The notes under the pieces: generated by a model
What the model was told of the DNA's origin: nothing
Database searches by the model: none
The model's input: only the letters and a program-made list of their open reading frames with translations
In this document: positions 1 to 13,307 of the stretch, in pieces
Layout of the letters: each line of letters opens with the position of its first letter
How positions within the stretch are numbered: position 1 is the stretch's first letter
Position numbers and translations under genes: made by a program
DNA from: an uncultured Candidatus Rokubacteria bacterium
Lineage (GTDB): Bacteria > Methylomirabilota > Methylomirabilia > Rokubacteriales > DASRDR01
Length of the DNA: 64,000 bases
NCBI GenBank assembly: GCA_963708025.1
Contig: CAVPSB010000012.1
Coordinates: 128,001-192,000 of the forward strand
Direction of reading: 5' to 3'

Positions 1-4
1 CAGG

Positions 5-490
5 GTGTCGGTCGGGAAGGTGACGCAGCCGCTCGCCGAGGCCGTCGAAGGCCTGGCAGCCCCGGTGCTCGAGGCCCACGGCCTGACGCTCGTGGACCTC
101 GACTTGGCCGGGGCTGGCCGGCGGAGCCTGGTGCGCTTCTTCGTCGACCGGTCGGGCGGCGTCACGATCGACGAGTGCCAGCGCTTCAGCCGGGAGATCG
201 GTGACCTGCTGGACGTCGCGGATCTCCTGCCCGGAAGCTTCGACCTGGAGGTGTCTTCACCCGGGCTGGATCGGGAGCTCAAGAAGGACCGGGAGCTCAC
301 CTGGGCCGTGGGACGGCAGGTGCGGGCCTGGACCCGCGAGCCGGTAGATGGCCAGCGCGAGTTCGTCGGGCGACTGTTGGAGGTCGGAGAGGCCTTCCTG
401 ACCCTGGCGGAGGCGGCGGGTCGGCGCCAAGTCCCCCGGGCGCTCCTCACGAAGGTGCGCCTGGAGGCGGAGCGGAAGCGCTCCGCCTGA
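5..490 (+). CDS. rimP: Ribosome maturation factor RimP
   Basis: GGVTIDEC and LEVSSPGLDR motifs; first gene before nusA; start may lie near the window edge. Confidence 0.93.
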   Translation: MSVGKVTQPLAEAVEGLAAPVLEAHGLTLVDLDLAGAGRRSLVRFFVDRSGGVTIDECQRFSREIGDLLDVADLLPGSFDLEVSSPGLDRELKKDRELTWAVGRQVRAWTREPVDGQREFVGRLLEVGEAFLTLAEAAGRRQVPRALLTKVRLEAERKRSA

Positions 491-504
491 GCCGGGAGGC
501 CCAC

Positions 505-1848
505 ATGAACCGCGAATTGCTCTACGTGATCGAGCAGATCGGCCGGGAAAAGGGCATCGGGAGCGAGGTCCTCTTCGAGGCTCTCGAGTCGGCGCTTCTG
601 TCCGCTTCCAAGCGGACGATGGGCGTGGGGGACAACGTTCGCCTGACCGTCAACCGAAAGACGGGCGCCATCCGGGTCTTCGCCGAGAAGACGGTGGTCG
701 AGACCGTGGCAGATCCGAAGCTGGAGGCGGGCCTGGCCGACGCCCGGCGGATCAAGCCCGACGCGAAGCCCGGCGACACCGTCGAGGTGGACCTGGAACT
801 GCGCGACCTGGGCCGGATCGCTGCCCAGACGGCCAAGCAGGTGATCCTCCAGCGGGTCCGGGAGGCGGAGCGTCAGGGCATCTTCTCGGAGTACAAGGAT
901 CGCGAGGGCACGCTGGTGCGGGGCGCGGTGCACCGCATCGAGAAGCGCAACGTGATCGTCGATCTCGGGCGCACCGAAGCGGTCCTGACCGAGCGGGAGC
1001 AGATCCCGGGCGAGCGCTACTCGCCGGGCGATCGGATCCGGGCATTCATCCTGGAGGTGAAGAACACGCCGAAGGGCCCCCAGGTGATCCTGTCCCGGAG
1101 TCATCCCGGCTTCCTGATCCGGCTCTTCGAGACCGAGATCCCCGAGATCGCGGAGGGGATCGTCCAGGTCAAGGGGGCGGCCCGGGAGCCGGGGGAGCGG
1201 GCCAAGCTGGCGGTCGCCTCGACCAAGCGGGACGTCAACCCGATCGGCGCCTGCGTCGGTCTCCGCGGGACGCGCATCCAGGTGATCGTGCGTGAGCTGC
1301 GCGGCGAGAAGATCGACATCATCGAGTGGGCGGATGACGTGCCGACGCTGGTGGCGCGGGCTCTGTCGCCGGCCAAGGTGGCGTCGGTCACGATTCAGGG
1401 CGAGGGCGAGGAGCGGGCCGCGCTGGTCGTGGTCCCCGACACCCAGCTTTCCCTGGCCATCGGCAAGAAGGGCCAGAACGCCCGGCTGGCGGCCAAGCTC
1501 ACCGGGCTCCGCATCGACGTCAAGAGCGAGGGTGAGCTGGAAGAGGACCGGCGCCAGCGCGCCCAGGGGTTGGCCGCACTGGCCGAACTGGGCCCCGTGG
1601 ATGCCGAGCTGGCCAGCACCCTGGCCCGCCACGGCCTCGGTTCGCCGGCCAAGATCAAGGCGGCCGGCGCCGCCGCCCTGCGGGATGTCTGCACGATCGG
1701 GGAGGGGGAGGCGGTCGCCATCGTGACCGCCGCCGAGGAGTGGCTCGCCACCCGGCAGGCGGAGGCGAGCAACCCCGCCGTGCTGGTCGAGGAATCGGCG
1801 GAACCCGGGGCTGCGAGCGCGCCCCCGGCGGAGTCCGGGTCGCGGTGA
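505..1848 (+). CDS. nusA: Transcription termination/antitermination factor NusA
   Basis: [12 protein letters not shown]1 and KH domains ([22 protein letters not shown]); GGGAGG RBS. Confidence 0.98.
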   Translation: MNRELLYVIEQIGREKGIGSEVLFEALESALLSASKRTMGVGDNVRLTVNRKTGAIRVFAEKTVVETVADPKLEAGLADARRIKPDAKPGDTVEVDLELRDLGRIAAQTAKQVILQRVREAERQGIFSEYKDREGTLVRGAVHRIEKRNVIVDLGRTEAVLTEREQIPGERYSPGDRIRAFILEVKNTPKGPQVILSRSHPGFLIRLFETEIPEIAEGIVQVKGAAREPGERAKLAVASTKRDVNPIGACVGLRGTRIQVIVRELRGEKIDIIEWADDVPTLVARALSPAKVASVTIQGEGEERAALVVVPDTQLSLAIGKKGQNARLAAKLTGLRIDVKSEGELEEDRRQRAQGLAALAELGPVDAELASTLARHGLGSPAKIKAAGAAALRDVCTIGEGEAVAIVTAAEEWLATRQAEASNPAVLVEESAEPGAASAPPAESGSR

Positions 1849-2252
1849 CGCCAGGGCGAGGCTCGCGATCCCGACCGGCGGCGACCGCCGCCGTCCCCGG
1901 GCCCCTGCGGACCTGTCTCGGATGCCGGCGAGCCCGGCCGCAGGCGGAGCTGGTGCGGCTGGTCCGGGCGCCGGGTGGGCTGGTCGAGCCGGACCCGCTC
2001 CGCCGGCGCGGTGGCCGCGGGGCGTATCTGTGTCGAAGCGAGAGCTGCCTGAAAGAAGCGGTGCGGCGGGGCCGATGGACGCAGGCGTTTCGGGCGCCGG
2101 CGACGCTCACGCCGGAGGTGTCCGAGGGCGTGCGGGCCCTGATCGAAGGCGAGATCGGGCGTGAGCTCGCGAGTCAGCGGTGTGACGACGGGATCCACGC
2201 GGTGGCCCGCGGCGGCGGCCGAGCGGGAGCATCTGTCGAAGGGGGATGGTGA
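1845..2252 (+). CDS. ylxR: YlxR/RnpM family RNA-binding protein
   Basis: PLRTCLGCR...LVRLV...GRGAYLC...C motif; GTG overlaps nusA stop; position between nusA and infB. Confidence 0.88.
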   Translation: MTPGRGSRSRPAATAAVPGPLRTCLGCRRARPQAELVRLVRAPGGLVEPDPLRRRGGRGAYLCRSESCLKEAVRRGRWTQAFRAPATLTPEVSEGVRALIEGEIGRELASQRCDDGIHAVARGGGRAGASVEGGW

Positions 2253-4987
2253 GTATGGCGGGAAAGACGCGCGTCGGTGAGCTGGCCAAGGAGATGGGCA
2301 TCGCGCCGAAGCTGATCATCGATCAGCTCGAGGCGATGGGCCATCGGGAGAAGACCTCGTCGAGCGCCCTCGATGACGCGCTCCTGGCCCAGCTCCGAGC
2401 CGCCCTCGAGGAGAAGGCGAGCGCCTTCGCGCAGCGAGAAACCGAGCGGCTGGAATCCGTCCGGACCGCTGTCCTCCGGGCGAAGGTCGAGGCGGCGAAG
2501 GCGGCCGCCGCGAAGGCGGCGCGCGCTAGCACGAAGAAGACGGACGGGACGAAGCCGAAGACCGGCAAGGCCCCCGTCCGGGGCAAGGTGATGGCCAAGA
2601 CCGCCGAGAAACCGCTCGTCGTGGCCAAGGCGCCGAAGGCGCCCGAGAAGGTGGCGACGCCGGCCCCGAGGACCGAGGAGCGGGTGGTCAAGCCGGCGGT
2701 CGCCGCCGAGAAGCCCGAGGTTCTGGTGCCGGCGGCCGCCGCCCCCGAGGTGCTCGTTGCGGCCGCCCCCTCGTCGCCCGCTCCGCCAGCGACGCCGGTC
2801 GAGGTTCCCGCCGCGCCGCCGGTCACGCCGCTGATCGCCACGCCGGCAGCCGCGGCGCCGACCGCTCGCCCGAAGGTGGCGCCGAAGCCGCCCGAGGTTC
2901 GAGAGGAGCCCGCCGCCAGAGCACCGGCGCCGCCCACCCCGCCGCCGGCCCGGGAGCCCGCGGCCCCGATCGCCAAGGAGCCCCCACGCCGCGAGGCGGC
3001 GGCGGCCAGCCCGGCGCCGCCGAAGGAGCCGGTCTCCACCGAGCCCGTGCGCGAGGCGCCCAGGCCGCCCGCCGACGGCAAGGTCGTTCCCTTCCGGCCG
3101 CCGCGCCGCGAAGAGGTGCCGGAGCCGGCGGCCGCCCGTCCGGCGGCCGCGGCCGCCGCGGTCACGCCGGACGTCGTCCCCGCCGCCCCGGCCGAGACGC
3201 CGCTCGTGCCCGCCGCGCCGCCCGAGGCGCCGCCGGCTCCTCCGAAGCGGGAGGTGCTCCGACTGCCCGAATCGATCACGGTGGGCGAGCTGGCCGAGCG
3301 TCTGCAAAAGAAGATCGGCGAGGTCATCCGGGAGCTGGTCGGCATGGGTGTGATGGCCTCCCTCAACCAGCTCCTCGACGCGGAGAAGGCCAAGGCGGTG
3401 GCCGCGCGCTTCGGCTACGACGTCGAGATCCGGCCGATCGAGGGCCCGGAGCCGATCGAGGAGGAGGTGGATCCGTCCCAGCTCCAGCTCCGGCCGCCGG
3501 TCGTCACCGTCATGGGACACGTCGACCACGGCAAGACCTCGCTGCTCGACGCGATCCGCAAGACCAAGGTCACCGAGCAGGAGTTCGGCGGCATCACGCA
3601 GCACATCGGGGCCTACCAGGTGGAGACCTCCCACGGCAAGGTGACCTTCCTCGACACGCCGGGCCACGAGGCGTTCACCGCGATGCGGGCCCGCGGGGCC
3701 CAGGCCACCGACATCGTCATCCTGGTGGTGGCGGCCGACGACGGCGTGAAGCCCCAGACAGTCGAGGCGATCAACCACGCCAAGGCTGCGAACGTGCCGA
3801 TCATCGTGGCGCTGAACAAGATCGACAAGGCGGAGGCGAACGCCGACCGGGTGAAGCAGGAGCTGTCCAACCTGGGGCTGGTGCCCGAGGAATGGGGCGG
3901 GCAGACGATCTTCGTGCCGACGTCCGCCAAGAAGGTGACGGGGATCGAGCAGCTGCTGGAGATGACCGCCCTCCAGGCCGAGGTCATGGAGCTGAAGGCC
4001 AACCCCAACCGGGCGGCCCGGGGCGTCGTCGTGGAGGCCAAGCTCGACCGGGGCCGGGGCCCGGTGGCGACGGTGCTCATCCACCAGGGCACGCTCCACG
4101 AGGGCGACATCCTGGTGGCCGGGCCGCACTCCGGCCGCGTGCGCGCCATGTTCAACGACCGGCGCCAGCGGGTGAAGCAGGCGGGTCCCGCCGACCCCGT
4201 CGAGATCCTCGGGCTGGGCGGGGTCCCGTCGGCCGGTGACACGCTGGTCGTCGTCGGCGACGAGCGGAAGGCCCGCCAGATCGCGCTGGTGCGCCAGGAG
4301 AAGGAGCGGAAGGTCACCGCCACCGTCCGCGTCACCCTGGCCGACCTCCACAAGCAGATCGAGGCGGGCGAGGTCAAGGAGCTGCGGGTGATCCTCAAGG
4401 GCGACGTCCACGGCTCGCTGGAGGCGCTCCAGGACGCCCTCGAGCGGCTCTCCACCGACGAGGTCAAGGTGCGGGTGATCCACGGCGCGGTCGGGACAAT
4501 GACCGAGACCGACGTGATGCTTGCCTCGGCCTCCAACGCGATCATCATCGGCTTCAACGTCAAGCCGGAGCCGAAGACGCTCCAGCAGGCCCAGGCCGAG
4601 CGGGTCGACATCAAGACCTACAACGTCATCTACGAGGCGATCAACGACGTCAAGGCCGCGCTGGAAGGCATGCTGGCCCCGATCATCCGCGAGGTGCCGC
4701 TCGGCCGCGCCCAGGTGCGCGCGCTCTTCCCCATCAAGAACCTCGGGAACATCGCCGGCTGCTTCGTCAGCGAGGGGAAGATCACCCGGACGGCGAAGGC
4801 GAGGGTGGTGCGCGGCAGTCAGACGGTCGGGGAGGGGCAGATCAGCTCGCTGCGGCGCTTCAAGGACGACGTGCGGGAAGTGCTCCAGGGTCAGGAGTGC
4901 GGCATCGGGGTTGACGGGGTGTCGGACATCCGGGTCGGGGACGTGATCGAGGCGTACACGACCGAAGAAGTCGCCCGCACGCTGTAG
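2246..4987 (+). CDS. infB: Translation initiation factor IF-2 with long Pro/Ala-rich N-terminal linker
   Basis: [32 protein letters not shown]; alternative ATG at 2255. Confidence 0.98.
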   Translation: MVSMAGKTRVGELAKEMGIAPKLIIDQLEAMGHREKTSSSALDDALLAQLRAALEEKASAFAQRETERLESVRTAVLRAKVEAAKAAAAKAARASTKKTDGTKPKTGKAPVRGKVMAKTAEKPLVVAKAPKAPEKVATPAPRTEERVVKPAVAAEKPEVLVPAAAAPEVLVAAAPSSPAPPATPVEVPAAPPVTPLIATPAAAAPTARPKVAPKPPEVREEPAARAPAPPTPPPAREPAAPIAKEPPRREAAAASPAPPKEPVSTEPVREAPRPPADGKVVPFRPPRREEVPEPAAARPAAAAAAVTPDVVPAAPAETPLVPAAPPEAPPAPPKREVLRLPESITVGELAERLQKKIGEVIRELVGMGVMASLNQLLDAEKAKAVAARFGYDVEIRPIEGPEPIEEEVDPSQLQLRPPVVTVMGHVDHGKTSLLDAIRKTKVTEQEFGGITQHIGAYQVETSHGKVTFLDTPGHEAFTAMRARGAQATDIVILVVAADDGVKPQTVEAINHAKAANVPIIVALNKIDKAEANADRVKQELSNLGLVPEEWGGQTIFVPTSAKKVTGIEQLLEMTALQAEVMELKANPNRAARGVVVEAKLDRGRGPVATVLIHQGTLHEGDILVAGPHSGRVRAMFNDRRQRVKQAGPADPVEILGLGGVPSAGDTLVVVGDERKARQIALVRQEKERKVTATVRVTLADLHKQIEAGEVKELRVILKGDVHGSLEALQDALERLSTDEVKVRVIHGAVGTMTETDVMLASASNAIIIGFNVKPEPKTLQQAQAERVDIKTYNVIYEAINDVKAALEGMLAPIIREVPLGRAQVRALFPIKNLGNIAGCFVSEGKITRTAKARVVRGSQTVGEGQISSLRRFKDDVREVLQGQECGIGVDGVSDIRVGDVIEAYTTEEVARTL

Positions 4988-5170
4988 GGGGGGCGGGGCC
5001 GATGAGCTTCGCATCGCGTCGTCCTTCGGACGGCCTTCGGCCTTTGGGGTCGTCGCCCATCCTCGGCGTATGCGGCATACGCCTGCGGTCGGCGACTCCC
5101 TGCGTCCTTCGGACGGCCTTCGGCCTGTGGGCGCTGCTCGCTCCTCGGCCCCGCCCCAGGAACTTGGCCT
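4988..5170 (+). repeat. Family-1 palindromic repeat, full-length copy
   Basis: GGGCGGGGCCGA...TCGGCCCCGCCC terminal inverted repeat with internal cTTCGg hairpins; near-identical to 13101-13298, 21761-21961 and 24621-24790. Confidence 0.92.
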
Positions 5171-5250
5171 GTGTGGTGCGTGGCGTGACCCCATGCGCGG
5201 CGCGACCGGCCCAGCGCGCCTTCGTGATTGGATTGGGATAGGGAGCCCTG

Positions 5251-5538
5251 ATGTCGGCGGCGGTCGCGCTGGGGCTGATAGAGCTGCACTTCGGCGAGGT
5301 GGACTCGCTGAAGGGCAAGCGCCACGTCCTCAAGGGCATGAAGGAGAAGGTCAAGCACCGCTTCAACGTGTCGGTGGCCGAGGTTGACCACGAGGACCTC
5401 TGGCAGCGAGCGACCCTGGCGGTGGCGTGCGTGGCGAACGACGCCCGCTTCGCCAACGAGGTCGTCTCGAAGGCGGTGAACTTCATCGAGTCGCTGTCGG
5501 ACGGGGCCGTGATCGACGTGCGAGTCGAGGTCCTGTGA
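5251..5538 (+). CDS. DUF503/YlxP family protein
   Basis: SLKGKR..L......RFNVSVAEV...DLWQR motif; usual position between infB and rbfA. Confidence 0.9.
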   Translation: MSAAVALGLIELHFGEVDSLKGKRHVLKGMKEKVKHRFNVSVAEVDHEDLWQRATLAVACVANDARFANEVVSKAVNFIESLSDGAVIDVRVEVL

Positions 5539-5563
5539 AGCGCCGGCTGGAAGCCGGGCCATC

Positions 5564-5944
5564 ATGCAAGGCAAGCGTCTCGATCGGGTCAATCAGCTCG
5601 TGCGCGAGGAGATCGCCTATCTCTTGCAGCGAGAGCTCAAGGACCCGCGGCTGGGGTTCGTCACCGTGACCGAGGTGGACGTCTCGAAGGACCTCCGCAC
5701 CGCCAAGGTGTACGTGAGCGTGCTCGGGACCGAGGCCGAGTGGCGCGGGTCGCTGGACGCTCTCCGCAGCGCGCGGGGCTTCATCCGCAGCTGGCTCGGT
5801 CCCCGGCTCCGGCTGCGGGCCGTTCCCGACCTGACCTTCCACCCGGACCGCTCGATGGCCCACGCCGCCCACATCCAGAGCGTGCTCGAGCGGTTGCGGG
5901 AAGAGAGGCCCGAGCCCCCGGCCGAACCGGGAGCGGACCCGTGA
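5564..5944 (+). CDS. rbfA: Ribosome-binding factor A
   Basis: LKDPRLGFVTVTEVDVSKDLRTAKVYVS, LRLRAVPDLTF. Confidence 0.96.
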   Translation: MQGKRLDRVNQLVREEIAYLLQRELKDPRLGFVTVTEVDVSKDLRTAKVYVSVLGTEAEWRGSLDALRSARGFIRSWLGPRLRLRAVPDLTFHPDRSMAHAAHIQSVLERLREERPEPPAEPGADP

Positions 5945-6918
5945 CGCCGGTCGGCGCGGTTCCCGCCGACGTCGTTGACCTGCTGCGGGGTGGCCGGCGG
6001 TTCGTCCTGCTGGCGCATCTCTACCCGGACGGCGACGTCCTCGGCTCGCAGCTCGGCCTCGGATTGGCCCTGCGCGAGGTCGGCCGATCGGCGACCTTCG
6101 CCTGCCGGCACCCGGTGCCGGACCCCTACCAGTTCCTGCCCGGCGCCGACCAGGTGCAGCAGTGGAAGGAGGGACGGGGGGAGTACGACGTGGTCGTGAC
6201 GCTGGACTGCCCGGATCCCGGTCGGGTCGGCGGGCTCCTCGACGGCTTGCGCCAGCCGGGCGCCCGCGTGCTCAACATCGACCACCACGGCGACAACCGG
6301 CGTTACGGGGACGTCAACTGGATCCAGCCTGGCGCCGCCGCCACCGGCGAGATGGTCTACGCGCTGCTGGAGCCGGCGGGGCTTCCGCTGACCGCGGCGG
6401 TGGCGATCAACCTGTACACGGCCGTCGTCACCGACACCGGGTCGTTCCGGTACTCGAACACGACCCCGGAGACCTTCCGGATCGCCGCCCGCCTGGTGGA
6501 GGCCGGGGCCGACCCGGCCGCGGTCGCCATCTCGCTCTACGAGACGCGGCACCTGGCGGGCCTTCACCTGCTCGGTCGCATCCTCCAGCAGGTCGAGACC
6601 AACCCCGAGGGCACCATGGCCTGGGTGGTCATCGACCGGAGTCAGGCGGCGTCCCCCGACCTCCTGGAAGCCGAGGACTTCATCACCTACCCGCGGTCCC
6701 TCCGGACGGCGAAGGTCGCCGTCCTCTTCCGCGAGCTGGCCGGCGAGGTCAAGGTCAGCATGCGCGCGAAGGGCGAGGTGAACGTGGCCCGGATCGCGGC
6801 GCGGTTCGGTGGGGGCGGCCACCCGAATGCGGCCGGCGTCGTGCTGTCGGGGAGCCTGGCCGACGCCCGGGCGGCCGTGCTCACCGCGGTTCGAGAGGCG
6901 ATCGCCGAGATCCGATGA
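5941..6918 (+). CDS. nrnA: DHH-family nanoRNase/pAp phosphatase
   Basis: H..PDGD, IDHH, TDTGSF and GGGGH motifs; GTG overlaps rbfA stop. Confidence 0.92.
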   Translation: MTPVGAVPADVVDLLRGGRRFVLLAHLYPDGDVLGSQLGLGLALREVGRSATFACRHPVPDPYQFLPGADQVQQWKEGRGEYDVVVTLDCPDPGRVGGLLDGLRQPGARVLNIDHHGDNRRYGDVNWIQPGAAATGEMVYALLEPAGLPLTAAVAINLYTAVVTDTGSFRYSNTTPETFRIAARLVEAGADPAAVAISLYETRHLAGLHLLGRILQQVETNPEGTMAWVVIDRSQAASPDLLEAEDFITYPRSLRTAKVAVLFRELAGEVKVSMRAKGEVNVARIAARFGGGGHPNAAGVVLSGSLADARAAVLTAVREAIAEIR

Positions 6919-7892
6919 CGGGGGTGCGCCAGGGCCCCACCGTGCACCCGTCGCCCGATCGCTCTCCCCAGGGCTCCCCCCTCGACGGGCTCCTGATCGC
7001 CGAAAAGGGCCCCGGTGTCACCTCGTTCCAGGTCGTCGCCCACCTGCGCCGTCTCCTGAAGGTCCCGAAGGTCGGCCACGGCGGGACGCTGGACCCGATG
7101 GCCACCGGTCTCCTGCCCATCCTGCTCGGCGAGGCGACCAAGCTGACGCCGTACCTCCAGGCTCAGGACAAGGAGTACGCGGGAACCATTCGCCTGGGCG
7201 TGACCACCGATACGCTGGACGCCACGGGGCGCGTGACGGGCGAGCAGCCGGTGCCGTCGCTGGACGAGCCGACGATCCGCGTGACGCTGGCGCGCTTCCT
7301 GGGCGAGATCGACCAGGTGCCGCCCATGTACTCGGCCCTCCACGCCGGGGGGAAGCGCCTCTACGAGCTGGCCCGAGCCGGCGTCGAGGTGGAGCGGGCG
7401 CCGCGGCGAGTGCGCATCGACGCGATCGAGCTCCTGGGGTGGGCGTCGCCGCTTCTCCGCCTCCGGGTCGCCTGCGGGTCCGGAACCTACATCCGCAGTC
7501 TCGCCGCCGATCTCGGGACCGCGTTCGGCTGCGGGGCGTCCCTTGACGCCCTCGAGCGCACGCGGCTCGGGGCGCTCCGGCTCGCGGAGGCCGTGCCCTG
7601 GTCCGTCATCCGGGACGGCGACGCCGCGACGATCCGCCCGCGAATCCTTCCAGTCGATCGGGCGGTCTCCCACCTGGCGGCGGTCCGACTGGACCCGGTC
7701 GCCGCCGCCCGCCTCCGGCACGGCCAGCGCCTGACGGCCGCCGAGGTCGGGACGACCGCGGCCCCGCCGGGGCCCTGCCGCCTGTACGCCGGGGAGAGCT
7801 TCCTGGGGATCGGCGAGGCCGATGCGGGCGGCCTCCGGGCGCTCCGCCTCCTGCATGCGGATCATTCGCGGGCTCGATCGCTATCCGGCTGA
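6915..7892 (+). CDS. truB: tRNA pseudouridine(55) synthase
   Basis: KVGHGGTLDPMATGLL, QVPPMYSA, GTYIRSLA; ATG overlaps previous stop. Confidence 0.96.
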   Translation: MTGVRQGPTVHPSPDRSPQGSPLDGLLIAEKGPGVTSFQVVAHLRRLLKVPKVGHGGTLDPMATGLLPILLGEATKLTPYLQAQDKEYAGTIRLGVTTDTLDATGRVTGEQPVPSLDEPTIRVTLARFLGEIDQVPPMYSALHAGGKRLYELARAGVEVERAPRRVRIDAIELLGWASPLLRLRVACGSGTYIRSLAADLGTAFGCGASLDALERTRLGALRLAEAVPWSVIRDGDAATIRPRILPVDRAVSHLAAVRLDPVAAARLRHGQRLTAAEVGTTAAPPGPCRLYAGESFLGIGEADAGGLRALRLLHADHSRARSLSG

Positions 7893-8807
7893 CGCGCCAC
7901 CGAGCGTGGTGGCGCAGGGCACCTTCGACGGTATCCACCTGGGGCACCAGGCCGTCATCGGTCTGGCGGTGGAGCGGGCCCGCGCCCGCCGACTCCAGGC
8001 GGTGGCCCTCACCTTCGACCCCCTCCCCATCGCCGTCCTGCGCCCGGCCGAGGCCCCACCCCCGATCCTGCCGCTCGACGAGCGCCTGGAGCGGGTCGCG
8101 GCCCTCGGTCCCGACCTGGCACTCGTGATTCCGTTCACCCTCGACTTCTCGCGGATCGAGGCCCCGGCGTTCGTCGGGGACATCCTGACCGGGCTCGTCA
8201 AGGCCCAGGAGGTGGTCGTCGGCTTCAACCACACCTTCGGCCGGGGGGCGAAGGGGACGCCCGAGCTCCTGACAACGCTCGCCGAGCCGCTCGGGATCCG
8301 GGTCCACGTGGTGCCACCGCTCACCGTCGGGGGCGTCGTGGTCTCATCGAGCTCCCTCCGGGAGGCGCTCCGCGGGGGCGACGTGGAGCGCGTGACCGGC
8401 CTGCTCGGCCGAGCCTACACGTTCCGCGGGCGCGTGACCCGGGGGGCGATGCGCGGTCGGACGCTCGGCTTTCCGACGGCCAACCTGCTCCCCGAGAGTC
8501 CTCTGCCGCTGGCTACCGGCGTCTACGCCGCCCGCGCCGAGTGGGACGGGGCGTCGGCGCGAGCGGTCGTCAACATCGGCGTCCGCCCGACCTTCGGCGA
8601 GTCCACCCCCACGATCGAGGCGCACCTCCTGGACGTGAGCGTGGACCTCTACGATCGCTTGCTCACGCTCGCCTTCCTGGCCCGCATCCGGGGCGAGGTG
8701 CGCTTCCCCTCGGTCGAGGCGCTGAAGGCGCGATCGCGGAGGACGTAGTCGTCGCCCGTCGCCTCCTGGCCGGGACCCCGGTCGACCAGACACCGGGCGG
8801 TTCCTAG
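7855..8807 (+). CDS. ribF: Bifunctional riboflavin kinase/FAD synthetase (apparent 1-nt deletion near 8732)
   Basis: GTFDGIHLGHQ, GRTLGFPTAN, NIGVRPTF, IEAHLLD; main frame stops at 8748 but the expected tail IAEDVVVARRLL continues in another frame to 8807. Confidence 0.93.
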
Positions 8808-8817
8808 GTCCCTTGGA

Positions 8818-8932
8818 GCGCCAAAGTCATGGCCGAGGAGTCAAGTTCTGGGGGCGGGGCCGAGGATCGAGCAGCGCCCACAGGCCGAAGGCCGTCCGAA
8901 GGACGACGCGATGCGACGCTCATCGGCCCCGC
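8818..8932 (-). repeat. Family-1 palindromic repeat, short internally deleted copy
   Basis: Reverse complement of both arms of the 4988 copy; central hairpin arm absent. Confidence 0.85.
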
Positions 8933-8971
8933 GGCGCCGCGAGCGAAGCAAATCGGGCCCGCCCGCCCCGG

Positions 8972-9000
8972 TTGCGGGCGGTCGGGACGCATGGTACAAT
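8972..9000 (+). promoter_or_regulatory. Candidate sigma70 promoter of rpsO-pnp
   Basis: TTGCGG-N17-TACAAT with TG extended -10. Confidence 0.6.
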
Positions 9001-9111
9001 CCCCGCGTCTTTTCGTGCGATTTTGGCTCGCCGTGAACCGTCCCACCGATGCAGAAGGGCCTGCACCAGGGGCGGCGATTGGGGGGGAGCCCCCGGAAGG
9101 AGGCTGTCTGT

Positions 9112-9381
9112 ATGCCCGTCCCCACCGACCGGAAGAAGACGCTCATCGAGGGATACCGGCTCCACGACTCCGACACCGGCTCCCCCGAGGTCCAGATCGC
9201 GCTCCTGACCGAGCGGATCAACGGGCTGACCGAACACTTCAAGGTGCATCAGAAAGACCATCACTCGCGGCGCGGCCTGCTCAAGCTGATCGGGCAGCGG
9301 CGCGGCCTGCTGGAATACCTGAGAGGCAAGGACACCGAGCGGTACCGCCAGGTCATCGAGCGACTCGGCATCCGTCGGTGA
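9112..9381 (+). CDS. rpsO: 30S ribosomal protein S15
   Basis: [43 protein letters not shown]. Confidence 0.98.
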   Translation: MPVPTDRKKTLIEGYRLHDSDTGSPEVQIALLTERINGLTEHFKVHQKDHHSRRGLLKLIGQRRGLLEYLRGKDTERYRQVIERLGIRR

Positions 9382-9468
9382 GGCCCCGGGGCGAAGTCCC
9401 GAGGGGCCGGTAGGGCCGGAGGGAACGTGACCCTCTGGAACAGTTGGACTGGAGGATAGGAAGCGGCA

Positions 9469-11715
<2,247 letters not shown>

Positions 11716-11782
11716 GCCCCGCGACTCTCGACAGAGACCACCGCTCGGCGGGAGCCCGTCGCCCCCGCCGGAAGGAGCCAGA

Positions 11783-13054
11783 GTGGACGGCGAGCACCAG
11801 AAGACCATCTTGCCCAACGGCATCCGGCTGGTCAGCGAGCGCATCCCGCACGTCCGCTCGGTCGCCGTCGGCGTCTGGGTGGAGACCGGTAGCCGTCACG
11901 AGCCTTCGCCGAAGAGCGGGGTGTCGCATTTCATCGAGCACCTCGTCTTCAAGGGCACCGAGACCCGGACAGCGGAGGAGGTGGCCAAGGCCGTCGACTC
12001 GGTGGGCGGCCAGATGGACGCCTTCACCACCAAGGAGCACACCTGCTTCTACGTGACGGTGCTCGACCAGCACCTCCCGCTGGCGGCCGACCTCCTCTCC
12101 GACATCCTGCTGCACCCCCTGTTCGCGGCCGAGGACATCGACCGGGAGCGGAGCGTGGTCCTCCAGGAGTTCCGGATGGTGGAGGACACGCCGGACGACC
12201 TGATCCACGACCTCTTCGCCGAGCGCGTGTGGGCGGGGCACCCCCTCGGCCGGCCCATCCTCGGCGACAAGAAGATCATCCTGGAGCTGGCCCGCGAGAA
12301 GATCCTCGCCTACTTCGTCGAGGAGTACTGCCCGGCCCGGATCACCATCGCCGCCGCCGGGCGGCTGGAGCACGCCGAGCTGGTCGAGCTCTTCGGGAAG
12401 AGCTTCGTCGATTTCCGGCGTCCATGCGCGACGCGGGACGGCGGCGGGCCCCCTATGCTGACGCCGAGGGTCGAGCTGATCGACAAGCCGCTGGAGCAGG
12501 TCCACTTCGTCCTGGGCGGCCCTGGACTCCAGCAGGACGCGCCGGAGCGCTACACGCTGTACCTGCTCAACACGATCGTCGGCGGGAGCATGTCGTCCCG
12601 GCTCTTCCAGGAGGTCCGGGAGCGACAGGGCCTGGTCTACTCGATCTACTCCGGCAACGCCGGCTTCCGGGACTGCGGGCTCTTCTACGTCTACGCCGGC
12701 ACCGAGCCCGCCCACTTCCCCAAGGTGCTCGGGCTGGTGACCGAGGAGCTGCGCAAGGTCAAGCGGTCCGGCGTCACCGCCGATGAGCTGGCCCGGGCCA
12801 AGGAGCACCTCAAGGGGAGCCTGATGCTCTCCCTGGAGTCCACGTCCAGCCGGATGACGCGCCTGGCCAAGCAGGAGCTGTACTTCGGGCAGTACTTCAC
12901 GCTCGACGAGATCCTGGCCGCCATCGATCGGGTCACGCCGGCCGACACGGAGGCGCTGATCAGCACGCTGCTGGACCGCGGCCCGCTGTCGCTCGTCGCG
13001 CTGGGGCCCGCCGCCGGCGCCAACTCGGTCTCCGTCGACGCCCTGGCGCTCTGA
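11783..13054 (+). CDS. M16 family zinc peptidase
   Basis: HFIEH inverted zincin motif, GGSMSSRLFQEVRE..GLVYS; GTG start after GAAGGAG; usual pnp neighbour. Confidence 0.93.
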   Translation: MDGEHQKTILPNGIRLVSERIPHVRSVAVGVWVETGSRHEPSPKSGVSHFIEHLVFKGTETRTAEEVAKAVDSVGGQMDAFTTKEHTCFYVTVLDQHLPLAADLLSDILLHPLFAAEDIDRERSVVLQEFRMVEDTPDDLIHDLFAERVWAGHPLGRPILGDKKIILELAREKILAYFVEEYCPARITIAAAGRLEHAELVELFGKSFVDFRRPCATRDGGGPPMLTPRVELIDKPLEQVHFVLGGPGLQQDAPERYTLYLLNTIVGGSMSSRLFQEVRERQGLVYSIYSGNAGFRDCGLFYVYAGTEPAHFPKVLGLVTEELRKVKRSGVTADELARAKEHLKGSLMLSLESTSSRMTRLAKQELYFGQYFTLDEILAAIDRVTPADTEALISTLLDRGPLSLVALGPAAGANSVSVDALAL

Positions 13055-13100
13055 GACACCGTGAGGCCCAACGCCGGGGACGGGCGAGCAGGGCACGACC

Positions 13101-13298
13101 TAGAGTCATGGTAGATCAGTCAAGTTCTCGGGGGCGGGGCCGAGGAGCGAGCAGCGCCCACAGGCCGAAGGCCGTCCGAAGGACGCAGGGAGTCGCCGAC
13201 CGCAGGCGTACTCCGAGTACGCCGAGGATCGGCGACGACCCCAAAGGCCGAAGGCCGTCCGAACGACGACGCGATGCGACGCTCATCGGCCCCGCCCG
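13101..13298 (-). repeat. Family-1 palindromic repeat, full-length copy
   Basis: Almost exact reverse complement of 21761-21938. Confidence 0.92.
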
Positions 13299-13307
13299 CT
13301 TGCCGCC

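Noticed and set aside
4988-5170. tRNA or rho-independent terminator
   Set aside because: No tRNA D/T-loop consensus or CCA end, and no poly-T tract after the stems
2174-5194. Very long antisense ORFs (also 8920-11415, 29079-32174, 36084-39530, 38633-42448)
   Set aside because: Shadows of GC-rich sense genes with no recognisable motifs
5002-5241. Small ORFs beginning MS(F/V)ASRR (also 13108-13311, 21757-21985, 24586-24831)
   Set aside because: They are translations of the family-1 repeat; variation conserves base pairing rather than peptide sequence
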